A stretch of DNA of 64,000 nucleotides from Rhodospirillaceae bacterium. Its GTDB lineage: Bacteria; Pseudomonadota; Alphaproteobacteria; Rhodospirillales; UBA2165. Shown here one piece after another: positions 28,922-37,974 of this stretch. The position numbers were made by a program, and so were the translations under genes. Within the stretch, counting starts at the first letter, position 1. Every line of letters starts with the position of its first letter. The stretch is from the NCBI GenBank assembly GCA_038127535.1, contig JAYPHU010000010.1:21786-85785 (forward strand), in the 5' to 3' direction. Under the pieces are notes generated by a model. That model was not told the origin of the DNA, made no database searches, and saw nothing but the letters and a program-made list of their open reading frames with translations.

Positions 28922-29635
28922 CTATTCTCCACCCGCGATCGTAACCGTTTGGCCGGTGACATAGGTATTGTCTTCCGAACCGTACCAATAGACAAAATTC
29001 GCAATTTCACCGGGCAGTGCCATTCGCCCCATCGGTATCATCGAAACGCGTGCCGACATATCTTTCCCTGAATCTCGATCATGGATTCGTGTTTCGGTAA
29101 CGCCAACCCTAACGGTATTGATCAGGACGTTGCTGGCTGCCCATTTCCTATAGTCGGACGGCAAAAATTCTAGTGCATGCTTGGTCAGGGAGTATCCAAA
29201 TGTCGATGATCCTCCGCCAAATTTCGCCCCGATACTGCTGAGGTTAATTATCCTGCCCCACCCGCGCTCAACCATCGGCGGCACGGCCATCCGAGTTATG
29301 AGAACCGCCGGCACAACGTTGACTGCAAATAAGTGCATTAGATCCTGTGGCTGAATATCGGCGAACGGCTTCGCCTGCAACTCAGCGGCCGCATTGATTA
29401 CGCAGTCGCTTTCCTCAATCGCGGATCTAATGTCACTGAGTTTCGATTCCAGCGCGGCATGATTCGAAAAATCAATTTGGACCGGCGTTACTCTGTCCGA
29501 CGATTCCGTCAAACGCCAAAACGAATTTTGCCCTCTATTGTAATGGGCGAGAACCTGCCAACCCTTTTCGAGATAAAGCCGGCAAAGTTCGATCCCGATA
29601 TCCGAACTGGCCCCGGTTATAAAAACTTGGCGCAT
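28922..29635 (-). CDS. Short-chain dehydrogenase/reductase (SDR)
   Basis: ITGASSDIGIELC (TGxxxxIG) and YSLTKHALE (YxxxK). Confidence 0.85.
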   Translation of the reverse strand: MRQVFITGASSDIGIELCRLYLEKGWQVLAHYNRGQNSFWRLTESSDRVTPVQIDFSNHAALESKLSDIRSAIEESDCVINAAAELQAKPFADIQPQDLMHLFAVNVVPAVLITRMAVPPMVERGWGRIINLSSIGAKFGGGSSTFGYSLTKHALEFLPSDYRKWAASNVLINTVRVGVTETRIHDRDSGKDMSARVSMIPMGRMALPGEIANFVYWYGSEDNTYVTGQTVTIAGGE

Positions 29636-29637
29636 CG

Positions 29638-30597
29638 TTAACCTTTTGACGAAATCGTACCCTTCGGCACGATCCTTTCAAATTTCTCCCAGGCCTCGAC
29701 ATGGTCCGAACCCATTAGGGTTCCTTTTACGTCACACAATCTGCATGGCCCGAAATCTCGGTCTGCGGCGGCTAACCGTTTCCGCGCGATTCTCATTCGG
29801 CGTCCGGCCCAGATCTCCAGGAAATTCGATTCGTTCATGTTCCCTACCACGAGCATTTTTCCCCAATCATGAGGGCACATTAAAACGTCGCCCGTATAAT
29901 CCATAAAAAAGGTGTAGTGAGGGTAATTACACGCGGCCTTGATTGGCTCGGGTGGTGTATCAATCGAGTACTCCGCCGAATCCATCATTCCTGCCCGGTT
30001 ACTTAATGTAATGCCAAAGTCCTGTTCCGGTGGCAAATACCGTTTTCGAATGACGAACTGATGGGAATCCAGCCCTTCATCGCGACACAAATTTTCGAAA
30101 CGTTCCACATCCTCGGGGCCGTCATAGACGCTTATCAGAAGCGTCGAAAGACCGTTTTCAAATAACAGTTTTAGGCGTTTAGCGTCGAGAACGTCCCCAT
30201 TGGTGACAAGCTCCAGACGAACTTCGGGAAGGTTTGAACGGACAATTTTAAGTAGGTTAAAAATATTCTTATCAAGTAGTGGCTCTACAAAACCGGAAAA
30301 TAGAAATATGCCTTTGTAATTTAGTTCCGCGAGTTGCCGAACTAGCTTTTCGATAAGCTCGTCGGAAATGAACTCCTTCACGTCGGGGAAGGCTGGGGCG
30401 CTTCGCGGGCAAAACGAGCAGGTTCGATTACATGTTCCGGACTCGCTGATTTCAACCACCGAAGGCAACGGCACCTTATCGCCATGAAATGTAAGGTTTT
30501 CGTCAACGATCGACGACTTCCTTTTTATGGAAGGATCGAGGAAAGTTTTGCCCCTGTTGGTTCTCACGTTCATGGCGTCTAATTCGTTAGTTTTCAA
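29638..30597 (-). CDS. Radical SAM enzyme with canonical C-terminal twitch/SPASM-like domain
   Basis: SGTCNRTCSFCPR (CxxxCxxC). C-terminal C-x12-G-x4-C (CNYPHYTFFMDYTGDVLMC) ... LEIW ... CRLC. The track start is TTG (TTGA overlap). An ATG at 30573 is the alternative. Confidence 0.8.
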   Translation of the reverse strand: MKTNELDAMNVRTNRGKTFLDPSIKRKSSIVDENLTFHGDKVPLPSVVEISESGTCNRTCSFCPRSAPAFPDVKEFISDELIEKLVRQLAELNYKGIFLFSGFVEPLLDKNIFNLLKIVRSNLPEVRLELVTNGDVLDAKRLKLLFENGLSTLLISVYDGPEDVERFENLCRDEGLDSHQFVIRKRYLPPEQDFGITLSNRAGMMDSAEYSIDTPPEPIKAACNYPHYTFFMDYTGDVLMCPHDWGKMLVVGNMNESNFLEIWAGRRMRIARKRLAAADRDFGPCRLCDVKGTLMGSDHVEAWEKFERIVPKGTISSKG

Positions 30598-32342
30598 TGA
30601 AGCCGATCAAGGATCTCACATTTCATATCCCGTGCAATATCGCCGTCAACAACTTCGCCCATAGACTTACCCGACAGATCGATAAGCCCTGCCAATTGTT
30701 GAGTGGGGTAATACCATGTACCGGCCTCAGCCTCGCGAATGCGTTTGGCCGCCGTGGCGGAGTCTTTGACACATATGTCAGGAATCTCACGAAACATCGC
30801 TGTCGGCTGAAACGATGCTGTATCAAGCGCGAATGCCTGCATACCGAGCTGGGCCGCCTCGAACAATACGGACGAAGGGTCCGAAAACGCATATTTGCCT
30901 TTAAACATCAGGTCGTAGACGGGTTCGGTCGTGTATCTCACGTTTGGACGGCCGGCACTGCATTTTTCGACTAGCCGATCGCCGATTTCGCTTTCGTTCA
31001 TAACGCGCTTCACCTGCAGATAAACGGTTCTCTCGGGAAACGCCGCCGACAGGCCCCGCACAATATCGACAACGTCATCATGGTCCGAAAAGACGCCAAT
31101 AAAAAACACGATGTCGTTAGGCTTCGGCCTAAGCCGGTTTTGAAGTTGTGCATCTGTTAAACTATGGCTGGCGGCACCGATAACCCCCATATCCGCAGGC
31201 CAATGATCCCGGTAATGCCTCTCATAATGACTTGGGCCATATACGTAAAAGCGGTCAAAACTAACATAGCGCAAATGCGGAAATAGGTCGCAGTAGACGG
31301 GTATGCCGTCGGACATTCCGAACGACTTCGCACCTATTTTTTTTAGTTCTTGGTGCCGAAGAATATGATCGACATTGTAAGGGTCGCGCCCCCAAAAATA
31401 CCGCGGCCGGAACCTCAATACCAACCCTCTGATCTGAACACGCTTTTGCGCCAAATTCACTATCCAGAAAAAAAGACTCGGAGGAAAGTAACGGCCGGCC
31501 CTAGCCAAATCCCATGTATGCCGAATAAATTCGTCGAGATAACTCAGGGTGTCCGCAAGGCTAAACCTGCCGTCACGCCGCTCACAAACCGCCACCGGAT
31601 CCAGGCCATCAAGCTTGCTGCGGTCAACCGGCCCCATTCGCCCGACCAAAACGATATCGCCCCACCGGCGCAGGGCTTTTAGCATCGATATGTCTCTGGA
31701 ATCTTCCATATGGTCGGTCGCCATAAAGACGTCATTCAATCTTTCAACTTTCAAGCGCGTCCGCGATAAAATAAATAACACTCCCCGTACAACAACCATC
31801 ACGGCAATCAAGGCATTCACCATCATCCTTGGCAGGGATTGACGCATCTTGTCGGACGCAGACCCCGGTGAGGCGTATTCCCGGCTCATCGCCAGAAGAT
31901 CTTCGGGAACACCCACATTCTTCGCGGAATTCAACTCCTTGTCGGCAAACAGCTTCGAAAGGAGCAACGCCTCGACTTGGCGGTCCCAACTCAGTTGGCA
32001 GACCGCCTTTCGGGCCGCCATGGCATAATCCGGTATTTGGCGGTCTAGCCGCTCAAACTCGTAATACCGTTCGAGCCAGGGTTCGACGATGCGAAAAATG
32101 TCATAAAGTAAGACACTGGGCGGATAGAGCATCACCATCTTAAGTTCCGGATAACGTTTGCCCAGATCCCTTGCCCAACCTCGGCTCTTAGCCCATTGCG
32201 CCAAGGATTCGAGCAACCGTTGGCTTGGCCCAAAAGCCCCGTGGACCGATAAAATCAAGGGCGACCGCCTGAAAGCGACTTCCAACAGAAATCTCGGACA
32301 ACTTGATTCCGTTAGCCGGATGACAACTGGATTACGCGACAT
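30594..32342 (-). CDS. Orphan GT-B-like surface-carbohydrate biosynthesis protein (paralog 2 of 3)
   Basis: 582 aa with no motif I can assign. The C-terminal half is patterned like the 9567 and 35986 proteins (FGMSDG..., GPSHYERHY, FFIGVFSD..., SSVLFEAAQLGMQAF). Confidence 0.6.
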   Translation of the reverse strand: MSRNPVVIRLTESSCPRFLLEVAFRRSPLILSVHGAFGPSQRLLESLAQWAKSRGWARDLGKRYPELKMVMLYPPSVLLYDIFRIVEPWLERYYEFERLDRQIPDYAMAARKAVCQLSWDRQVEALLLSKLFADKELNSAKNVGVPEDLLAMSREYASPGSASDKMRQSLPRMMVNALIAVMVVVRGVLFILSRTRLKVERLNDVFMATDHMEDSRDISMLKALRRWGDIVLVGRMGPVDRSKLDGLDPVAVCERRDGRFSLADTLSYLDEFIRHTWDLARAGRYFPPSLFFWIVNLAQKRVQIRGLVLRFRPRYFWGRDPYNVDHILRHQELKKIGAKSFGMSDGIPVYCDLFPHLRYVSFDRFYVYGPSHYERHYRDHWPADMGVIGAASHSLTDAQLQNRLRPKPNDIVFFIGVFSDHDDVVDIVRGLSAAFPERTVYLQVKRVMNESEIGDRLVEKCSAGRPNVRYTTEPVYDLMFKGKYAFSDPSSVLFEAAQLGMQAFALDTASFQPTAMFREIPDICVKDSATAAKRIREAEAGTWYYPTQQLAGLIDLSGKSMGEVVDGDIARDMKCEILDRLH

Positions 32343-34269
32343 TCAAAATGACCTTCAGAACGTCGCCCGATTGACTTTTTTCCCATCCCTCCTTGAACTC
32401 TGAAAGCGGCATTGAACATTCGAAATAGGGGGCAAGATCCAATTCAGCGAGAAGACCAATTGCTTCTAAGAAATCTTCCCTTGCGCTTCCAACGGACCCG
32501 ACCACTGCCTTGTCGTATGCCGCAATCGTTTCAAAAGAGAACTCGGTTGGCCCGTAGGGAAGGCCGAGAAGCAAATGTGTCGATCCCGCCCGCGTCGCGC
32601 GCAAGCAATTTTCCAATGCGTCCCGGCTTCCCGTCACCTCGACTATGACGTCGAATTCGGAAAGGTCACCGATATCGTCATGGGTTGTGATGTTTGCACC
32701 GGCGATTTTCGCTAAGCGTGCCGGGTTCCGGTCGACGGCCGCAACCGAATGTCCGCGATGAGCGAGAACCTTGGCAACCAAATGGCCGAGCGGACCGGCC
32801 CCGACAACGGCACATTTTTTTGGACAGGTTTCCAGCACCCATCCGATCCGGCGCAATCCTTTCAGGACAACCGCCAACGGTTCCGTCAACGCCGCGAGCC
32901 GAAGATCTAAATCGGACGGCAAGCGGTGCACGAAACGGGCCGGCGTCATGACATAGTCAGCGTAGGCTCCATTTCGGCGCATGACGCCGATCTCCGCGCG
33001 GTCCGGACAAGCAATATTGTTGCCACTGCGGCAATAACGGCAATTTCCGCAACTTTGTATGGGCTCGACGACAACTCGGTCACCCTCGTTCAAATCCTTT
33101 ACGTTCATACCCACTGCTACAATTCGTCCAGAGAATTCGTGACCTGGGACGATCGGGAATCCGGCTAAACCGTCATCAAAATAGCCCAAAGATCCGTCGG
33201 CAACCTCAAGGTCCGTGGCGCACACGGCAACATGTGCGACCTGTATCAACACGGATGATGGGGTTAATTCCTCAACGGTATAGGGCTCTAACCTTGCTTC
33301 GCCAGGACCGCGAATAACGACGGCATGGGCCGGCCGGTCGAAGAGAAGTTCATGACGTTCGTTTTTGGTCATTACGGTATGCTTTTCAAGCGCGCCTTTG
33401 ACCGAACCGGCGTTCTTATGAAATCGAAAATAAAGAACTTCGCGAAACCGCTGCATGCGCGTCAATCGTCCGGTCACGGGATTGCCGGTGGATTTAAAAG
33501 CCGCAACCAAATCAGCCAGAGTCATTCCGAATTCTCGGATCAGGAGCTTTGGAATATGACGGCGCCCAGTGGCCCCGAATAAACGGGCACTGACAGCCTC
33601 GCGAAAATAGCGGCGCCGGATTTGGGCCCAGCTCTCTTCATGTATATGTTCGATCGCCGCGCGCGGTTCATATAAAACCCTATATCCCCTGTCGATCCAG
33701 TGCGTCGCCCATTCAATATCCTCGAGCCCCAATAATGCTTCGTCAAACCCGCGCTCAAGCCATAGATCACGCCGGATCGCGGAATTCGCATTATTGACGA
33801 ACAAATGCCCTCGTTTTTCTTCCCTGGGGACCGGTCCGAAAACCCGTTCGAAGTCTTCCGCTTCCGAGAAGCGAGAACTTGGCACCCCCTTCTGCCGCCC
33901 ATACGTCATCGCAACAGTCACATCATTTTTCATCGGCGCGATCAGTGTTTCCAGCCAATCGTCACCGTCGGGAATAGTGTGAGCTGAAACGATCACCGCG
34001 TACTGCCCTCGCGCTTCCCGGAGCCCCACGTTCAGCGAATAACCGAAGGTAAAATCTTCACTGCTGATCCGCAACAACCGATCCGCCCGCTCGGAGGCGA
34101 TGCGGCGCGTATCGTCGTAGGATCCAGAGTCCACGGCAATTACCTCGAAATCACGGTAAGTCTGCCGGTCGAACGCATCGAACAAGGCCGGTAAATGCCG
34201 GGCCTCATTGAACGCACGCACGATAATCGAGGTCTCGATCTGATCGCCCGAACTTGTTTTAACGTCCAT
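32332..34269 (-). CDS. Fusion protein: N-terminal GT2 glycosyltransferase plus C-terminal zinc-dependent MDR alcohol/polyol dehydrogenase
   Basis: GT2 part: SIIVRAFNEARHL, VIAVDSGSYDDT. MDR part: PGHEFSGRIVAVG, structural-Zn CGNCRYCRSGNNIAC, and VVGAGPLGHL Rossmann. One uninterrupted 645-codon frame. Confidence 0.8.
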   Translation of the reverse strand: MDVKTSSGDQIETSIIVRAFNEARHLPALFDAFDRQTYRDFEVIAVDSGSYDDTRRIASERADRLLRISSEDFTFGYSLNVGLREARGQYAVIVSAHTIPDGDDWLETLIAPMKNDVTVAMTYGRQKGVPSSRFSEAEDFERVFGPVPREEKRGHLFVNNANSAIRRDLWLERGFDEALLGLEDIEWATHWIDRGYRVLYEPRAAIEHIHEESWAQIRRRYFREAVSARLFGATGRRHIPKLLIREFGMTLADLVAAFKSTGNPVTGRLTRMQRFREVLYFRFHKNAGSVKGALEKHTVMTKNERHELLFDRPAHAVVIRGPGEARLEPYTVEELTPSSVLIQVAHVAVCATDLEVADGSLGYFDDGLAGFPIVPGHEFSGRIVAVGMNVKDLNEGDRVVVEPIQSCGNCRYCRSGNNIACPDRAEIGVMRRNGAYADYVMTPARFVHRLPSDLDLRLAALTEPLAVVLKGLRRIGWVLETCPKKCAVVGAGPLGHLVAKVLAHRGHSVAAVDRNPARLAKIAGANITTHDDIGDLSEFDVIVEVTGSRDALENCLRATRAGSTHLLLGLPYGPTEFSFETIAAYDKAVVGSVGSAREDFLEAIGLLAELDLAPYFECSMPLSEFKEGWEKSQSGDVLKVILNVA

Positions 34270-35210
34270 TATGGTGAATCTTTTAGGACGGCTACCAATT
34301 GATCGATGGTGCTACGATGGACGTTATTCCAGGCACGCGGACTGGAATTGCTGTTATGGGGCGCTAGCATCACGTTATCCATCGACCTAAGCGGACTGTC
34401 GGCGGGCAATGGTTCGTCTTCAAACACATCGAGCCCAACGCCACCAATTTCGCCAGACTTAAGCGCAGCCACCAATGCCGACTCATCCACAACCGGGCCG
34501 CGCGCAGTATTGATCATCACGGCGGTCGATTTCATACGGCGAAATTGGTCGTGACTTAATAGATGATGCGAGGTTTCGTTAAGATCGCAGTTAACACTGA
34601 TGAAGTCGGATTCCGCAAGCAAATGATCCAAACTGGTCATTTGAACGCCCAGTTCCGTTTGCTGATGCCGATCGATCTCCCGAATATCGGTTCCCCGCAA
34701 TTCAAAACCAAAGCCTCTTGCGCGCCTCAAAACCGCCGAACCAACGTCTCCGACACCAATAACACCCAAAACCGATTCATTCAGCGCTCGGCCCGGCAAT
34801 TTGTCCCAAACGCCGTTTTTCATCATGCGGTCCATCCAGGGCAAGCGCCGAGCGAAGCATAGGATATACCCCATAACCGAGTCGGCGACTGGCTGAGAAA
34901 AGGCGTTCGGTGTCCGGCAAACTCGAATACCGCGGCGTTCAGCCTCTTCTGACGCGATCGAATCAATTCCGGTACCCCATTTGGCAATAACTTTTAGCTT
35001 GGGCGCCGCATCGAGAACGCGCTCGGTTATTCGGTCGTCACCACATATGATGCCGTCCATGTCGCCGACAACGGCAAGCAAATCGTGTTCTTCGAGACGC
35101 TCTTCGACGTCGGCTGTGGTTACTTTGATATCGTGAGCCGCAAATTCTTCGGCGAATTGACCGACAACGGGCAGTAGATAGGGCGCGCTAATTAAAACAT
35201 TCCAGGTCAA
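34269..35210 (-). CDS. D-isomer-specific 2-hydroxyacid dehydrogenase (PGDH-like)
   Basis: VLGVIGVGDVGSAV (GxGxxG), NTARGPVVDE, APHNSNSS. TTG start in a TTGA overlap with the upstream stop. Confidence 0.85.
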   Translation of the reverse strand: MTWNVLISAPYLLPVVGQFAEEFAAHDIKVTTADVEERLEEHDLLAVVGDMDGIICGDDRITERVLDAAPKLKVIAKWGTGIDSIASEEAERRGIRVCRTPNAFSQPVADSVMGYILCFARRLPWMDRMMKNGVWDKLPGRALNESVLGVIGVGDVGSAVLRRARGFGFELRGTDIREIDRHQQTELGVQMTSLDHLLAESDFISVNCDLNETSHHLLSHDQFRRMKSTAVMINTARGPVVDESALVAALKSGEIGGVGLDVFEDEPLPADSPLRSMDNVMLAPHNSNSSPRAWNNVHRSTIDQLVAVLKDSP

Positions 35211-35980
35211 GAGTTCTTTTCTCCGGCTTCAAGATATTCCGCACACAATGGATCTGACCTCATCAGAGTTTCAACGCGGGTCAGGTCGGACGGAGTGTCG
35301 ACGGCGAAGGTAGAAAACGACGTTTCAACCATATGGACCCGCACACCGTTTTCAATGAATCTCAGCATGTCTATGGATTCGGATATTTCCAGCGGGGTCG
35401 GTGCCAGGGAGGCAAAGTTTTCGAGGGCGTTTCGCCGGAACGGCATGATGCAGACCTGTTTGTAAGCGGGAATCTCCTTAAAGGCCGCCTTGCCCGGATG
35501 AGGTATGGCCGAGCGCGACATGTACAAGGCGCGCCCGTCTAATCCGGTGACGACCTTAATCGTATTAGGATCGCGCCATTCTTCCTCCGATTCGATCTTC
35601 TTCATTAGGTTGACACAGGGTATCGAAGAGTCGCCGGTCATCGCCGCAACAGCCGCGTCTATCATATCGGGGTGAACCATTGGTTCATCACCCTGCACCA
35701 TGACGGCGATTTCGGCGTCTAAACTCTCCATCGCTTCGGCGATGCGGTCGCTAGCCCGTTCGTGTCGATCCGAGGTCATACTGTACTGTCCGCCAAACCG
35801 CTCAACAGCTTGGCAGATTTCGGTATCACAGGTGGCAACATAAACGCCGGACAACGACTTGCACATGGCGGTTCGATGATAAACGTGCTCGATCATGCTG
35901 AGCCCTAGGATCGGTGCCAGCGGCTTGCCCGGAAACCGCGAAGATCCCATGCGCGCAGGTAGGATGGCGACTGTGGACAT
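35207..35980 (-). CDS. KdsB/KpsU-like 3-deoxy-2-ulosonate cytidylyltransferase (paralog B, 257 aa)
   Basis: VAILPARMGSSRFPGKPL and MVQGDEPM. Trimmed to the ATG at 35980 (MSTVAIL...). Same length as paralog A at 13102..13875. Confidence 0.8.
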   Translation of the reverse strand: MSTVAILPARMGSSRFPGKPLAPILGLSMIEHVYHRTAMCKSLSGVYVATCDTEICQAVERFGGQYSMTSDRHERASDRIAEAMESLDAEIAVMVQGDEPMVHPDMIDAAVAAMTGDSSIPCVNLMKKIESEEEWRDPNTIKVVTGLDGRALYMSRSAIPHPGKAAFKEIPAYKQVCIMPFRRNALENFASLAPTPLEISESIDMLRFIENGVRVHMVETSFSTFAVDTPSDLTRVETLMRSDPLCAEYLEAGEKNS

Positions 35981-35985
35981 AATAT

Positions 35986-37926
35986 TTATTCCTCTGCGGT
36001 CGACATGAGGTTGGAGACGACCTCCCACGTACGGCGCGCCGGATTCGGAATTTCTCCAAGCGCTGCGTGGTTTTCTATCAAGGCGCCAAAATCTGGAAAA
36101 TGCTCCGATTTGACCGCTTCGGCGATTTCATCCACGTCTTCATAAAACGAGCTATCCGCAAGATAATCACGATTGACTGCACTGTGTTTAAAAACGACCG
36201 GAAAATACGGTTTTCCCGCACCGAGAACCTCGATCATTGCGGCTGATACCGCGGGGCCGATTGCGATATCGGCCCAGGCAAGAGATTCCGAAAACGGTTC
36301 ATCTTTCCGGATGTTGATGTCTAAATCATAGTAATCGGCGATCGTAGCGTAATAGGCTTGGTTATAAGGGCCTGGATGGATTTTCAACTGAATCTCATAT
36401 TCGCCGCTTTCAAAAAGTTTGCGGACCAAGTTAACCGTAAAGTCGTACTGCATGGCCTGTGGACACAAGTGATCTTCACCAGTTGGAACAAATTGCAGAA
36501 GGAGAATGCGTTTTACCTGGTCAGGTTCCATCGCTTGATAGCCGGCGCTAACCGCCAAGGGATTTCCTGTTCTAATTTGGCCAACCGGCGAGCCCATATT
36601 GTCGAGCCATTTTTCGTTTGCAATGCCCCAGGTAAAAAACCAATCGATCGGAGAGGTGACGCGGGAATCAGCGCCGAGAATACTCATTTTGACGTCTTGG
36701 ATATATTGCCCGTGCCAAGTTGCAATGGTCTTTATGCCTAATTTCCTCCCTACGGTATAAAGAATGTGCCCCAAATAATAATCGAGTCCGTCTGACAAAA
36801 GCATCCGCGGTTGAAGCATATTTAATAGGGATTCGATATGCTTAACTTCACGTGCCATTTCCCCCAAGCGGCCCGTGGATATGATATTTTTGATCGCGTA
36901 TTCAAGGATCAGCTTGAAACGATCGTCTTTTGGCCTATCTGCTAACCGGGTCAATTCTTGCTCGATCACGAGGACCCGCGCTTGATCGCCTTTGGTAAGG
37001 TTGGGTATTGATGAATTAATTGGAACCACACCGCGAATTAGGTTCCGAAAGGTCCACCGCCACTTCAATTTGTTCGGCAGCCAAGGAGCATAAATGCATG
37101 CAAAAAAGTCGCTTTGATCAAAGGCCGAGATAAGTGGCATTGAAGTAAGCTGGGTGGAGGCAACCAAAATACGTGGCTTAGTCGGATTTATGGATAACCG
37201 AAGGCGTCCCACAATACCCCAAATTGTGACCAAAGAAGACTGCAGGCCATTAATAAACGTGTTTTTCAGTTTTGGTTTTGCGGGCGGTCTCCATTTGTAG
37301 TCTGCCGAAAACGGGAGGTTGGGATCGTCATCATCCGGCGGATCGCTCGCATCTATTGTTTCGATTGAATGGCGATCCGACACCGTTTCTACCAATTCCA
37401 ACCTGGCTTTTGTATCGAGGAGGTTATGCTCAGCACGAAAATCGACAAATATAATTTGGCGGGGTGAATAACGAGCGATCATGGTTTCGAGCGCTCTCAC
37501 CAATCGATCGTATTCCTGGTTGATGAGGGAAATTTCCCTTGAAAACCTCGCTCCTAAAGATACACCCCGGAACTCGGTCGGATCAGGTCCATCCGAATAG
37601 AGCCAATCATTGACCTTCACAAACATATCGGAACGCTGGTCCAAATCGGCACGATTTATACTTTCTGCCTCGTAGTGAACGCAGTGGCGGCCTTCGGCAA
37701 TCGCCTGCTGCCAAAGAAGCCACCCATGCGCGACCAGCAAGATACTGTCATCGAATGGATCAAACTTGGAGAAATGCCGAGGGTGCGACACCAACGCCAA
37801 GCATGAGTAACGTTCTCGCATATAATCCGGGTTCTGGCCGAATTGGTACAGAACAGGTTTACTTCGACTACTCGTATCGATGAGTGATCGCTGTGCATTC
37901 CCGACCGAATCGTTTTTCATGAACAA
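35986..37926 (-). CDS. Orphan GT-B-like surface-carbohydrate biosynthesis protein (paralog 3 of 3)
   Basis: 646 aa. C-terminal half has ATWHGQYI, IQLKIHPGPY (K-x-H-P) and AAMIEVLGAGKP, patterned like the 9567 protein. Confidence 0.6.
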   Translation of the reverse strand: MFMKNDSVGNAQRSLIDTSSRSKPVLYQFGQNPDYMRERYSCLALVSHPRHFSKFDPFDDSILLVAHGWLLWQQAIAEGRHCVHYEAESINRADLDQRSDMFVKVNDWLYSDGPDPTEFRGVSLGARFSREISLINQEYDRLVRALETMIARYSPRQIIFVDFRAEHNLLDTKARLELVETVSDRHSIETIDASDPPDDDDPNLPFSADYKWRPPAKPKLKNTFINGLQSSLVTIWGIVGRLRLSINPTKPRILVASTQLTSMPLISAFDQSDFFACIYAPWLPNKLKWRWTFRNLIRGVVPINSSIPNLTKGDQARVLVIEQELTRLADRPKDDRFKLILEYAIKNIISTGRLGEMAREVKHIESLLNMLQPRMLLSDGLDYYLGHILYTVGRKLGIKTIATWHGQYIQDVKMSILGADSRVTSPIDWFFTWGIANEKWLDNMGSPVGQIRTGNPLAVSAGYQAMEPDQVKRILLLQFVPTGEDHLCPQAMQYDFTVNLVRKLFESGEYEIQLKIHPGPYNQAYYATIADYYDLDINIRKDEPFSESLAWADIAIGPAVSAAMIEVLGAGKPYFPVVFKHSAVNRDYLADSSFYEDVDEIAEAVKSEHFPDFGALIENHAALGEIPNPARRTWEVVSNLMSTAEE

Positions 37927-37974
37927 ATAGGGAGTCGGCTCAATTTAATCCGGAATCGGCGACTCCGCGAGAAT

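Noticed and set aside
37931-37966. Intercistronic hairpin GGAGTCG-N22-CGACTCC between the B12-rSAM and GT-B-like genes, and a similar stop-codon-spanning hairpin at 11999-12018
   Set aside because: The loops are long and there is no U-tract. They are plausible mRNA-stability or processing elements, but they cannot be distinguished from chance by eye.
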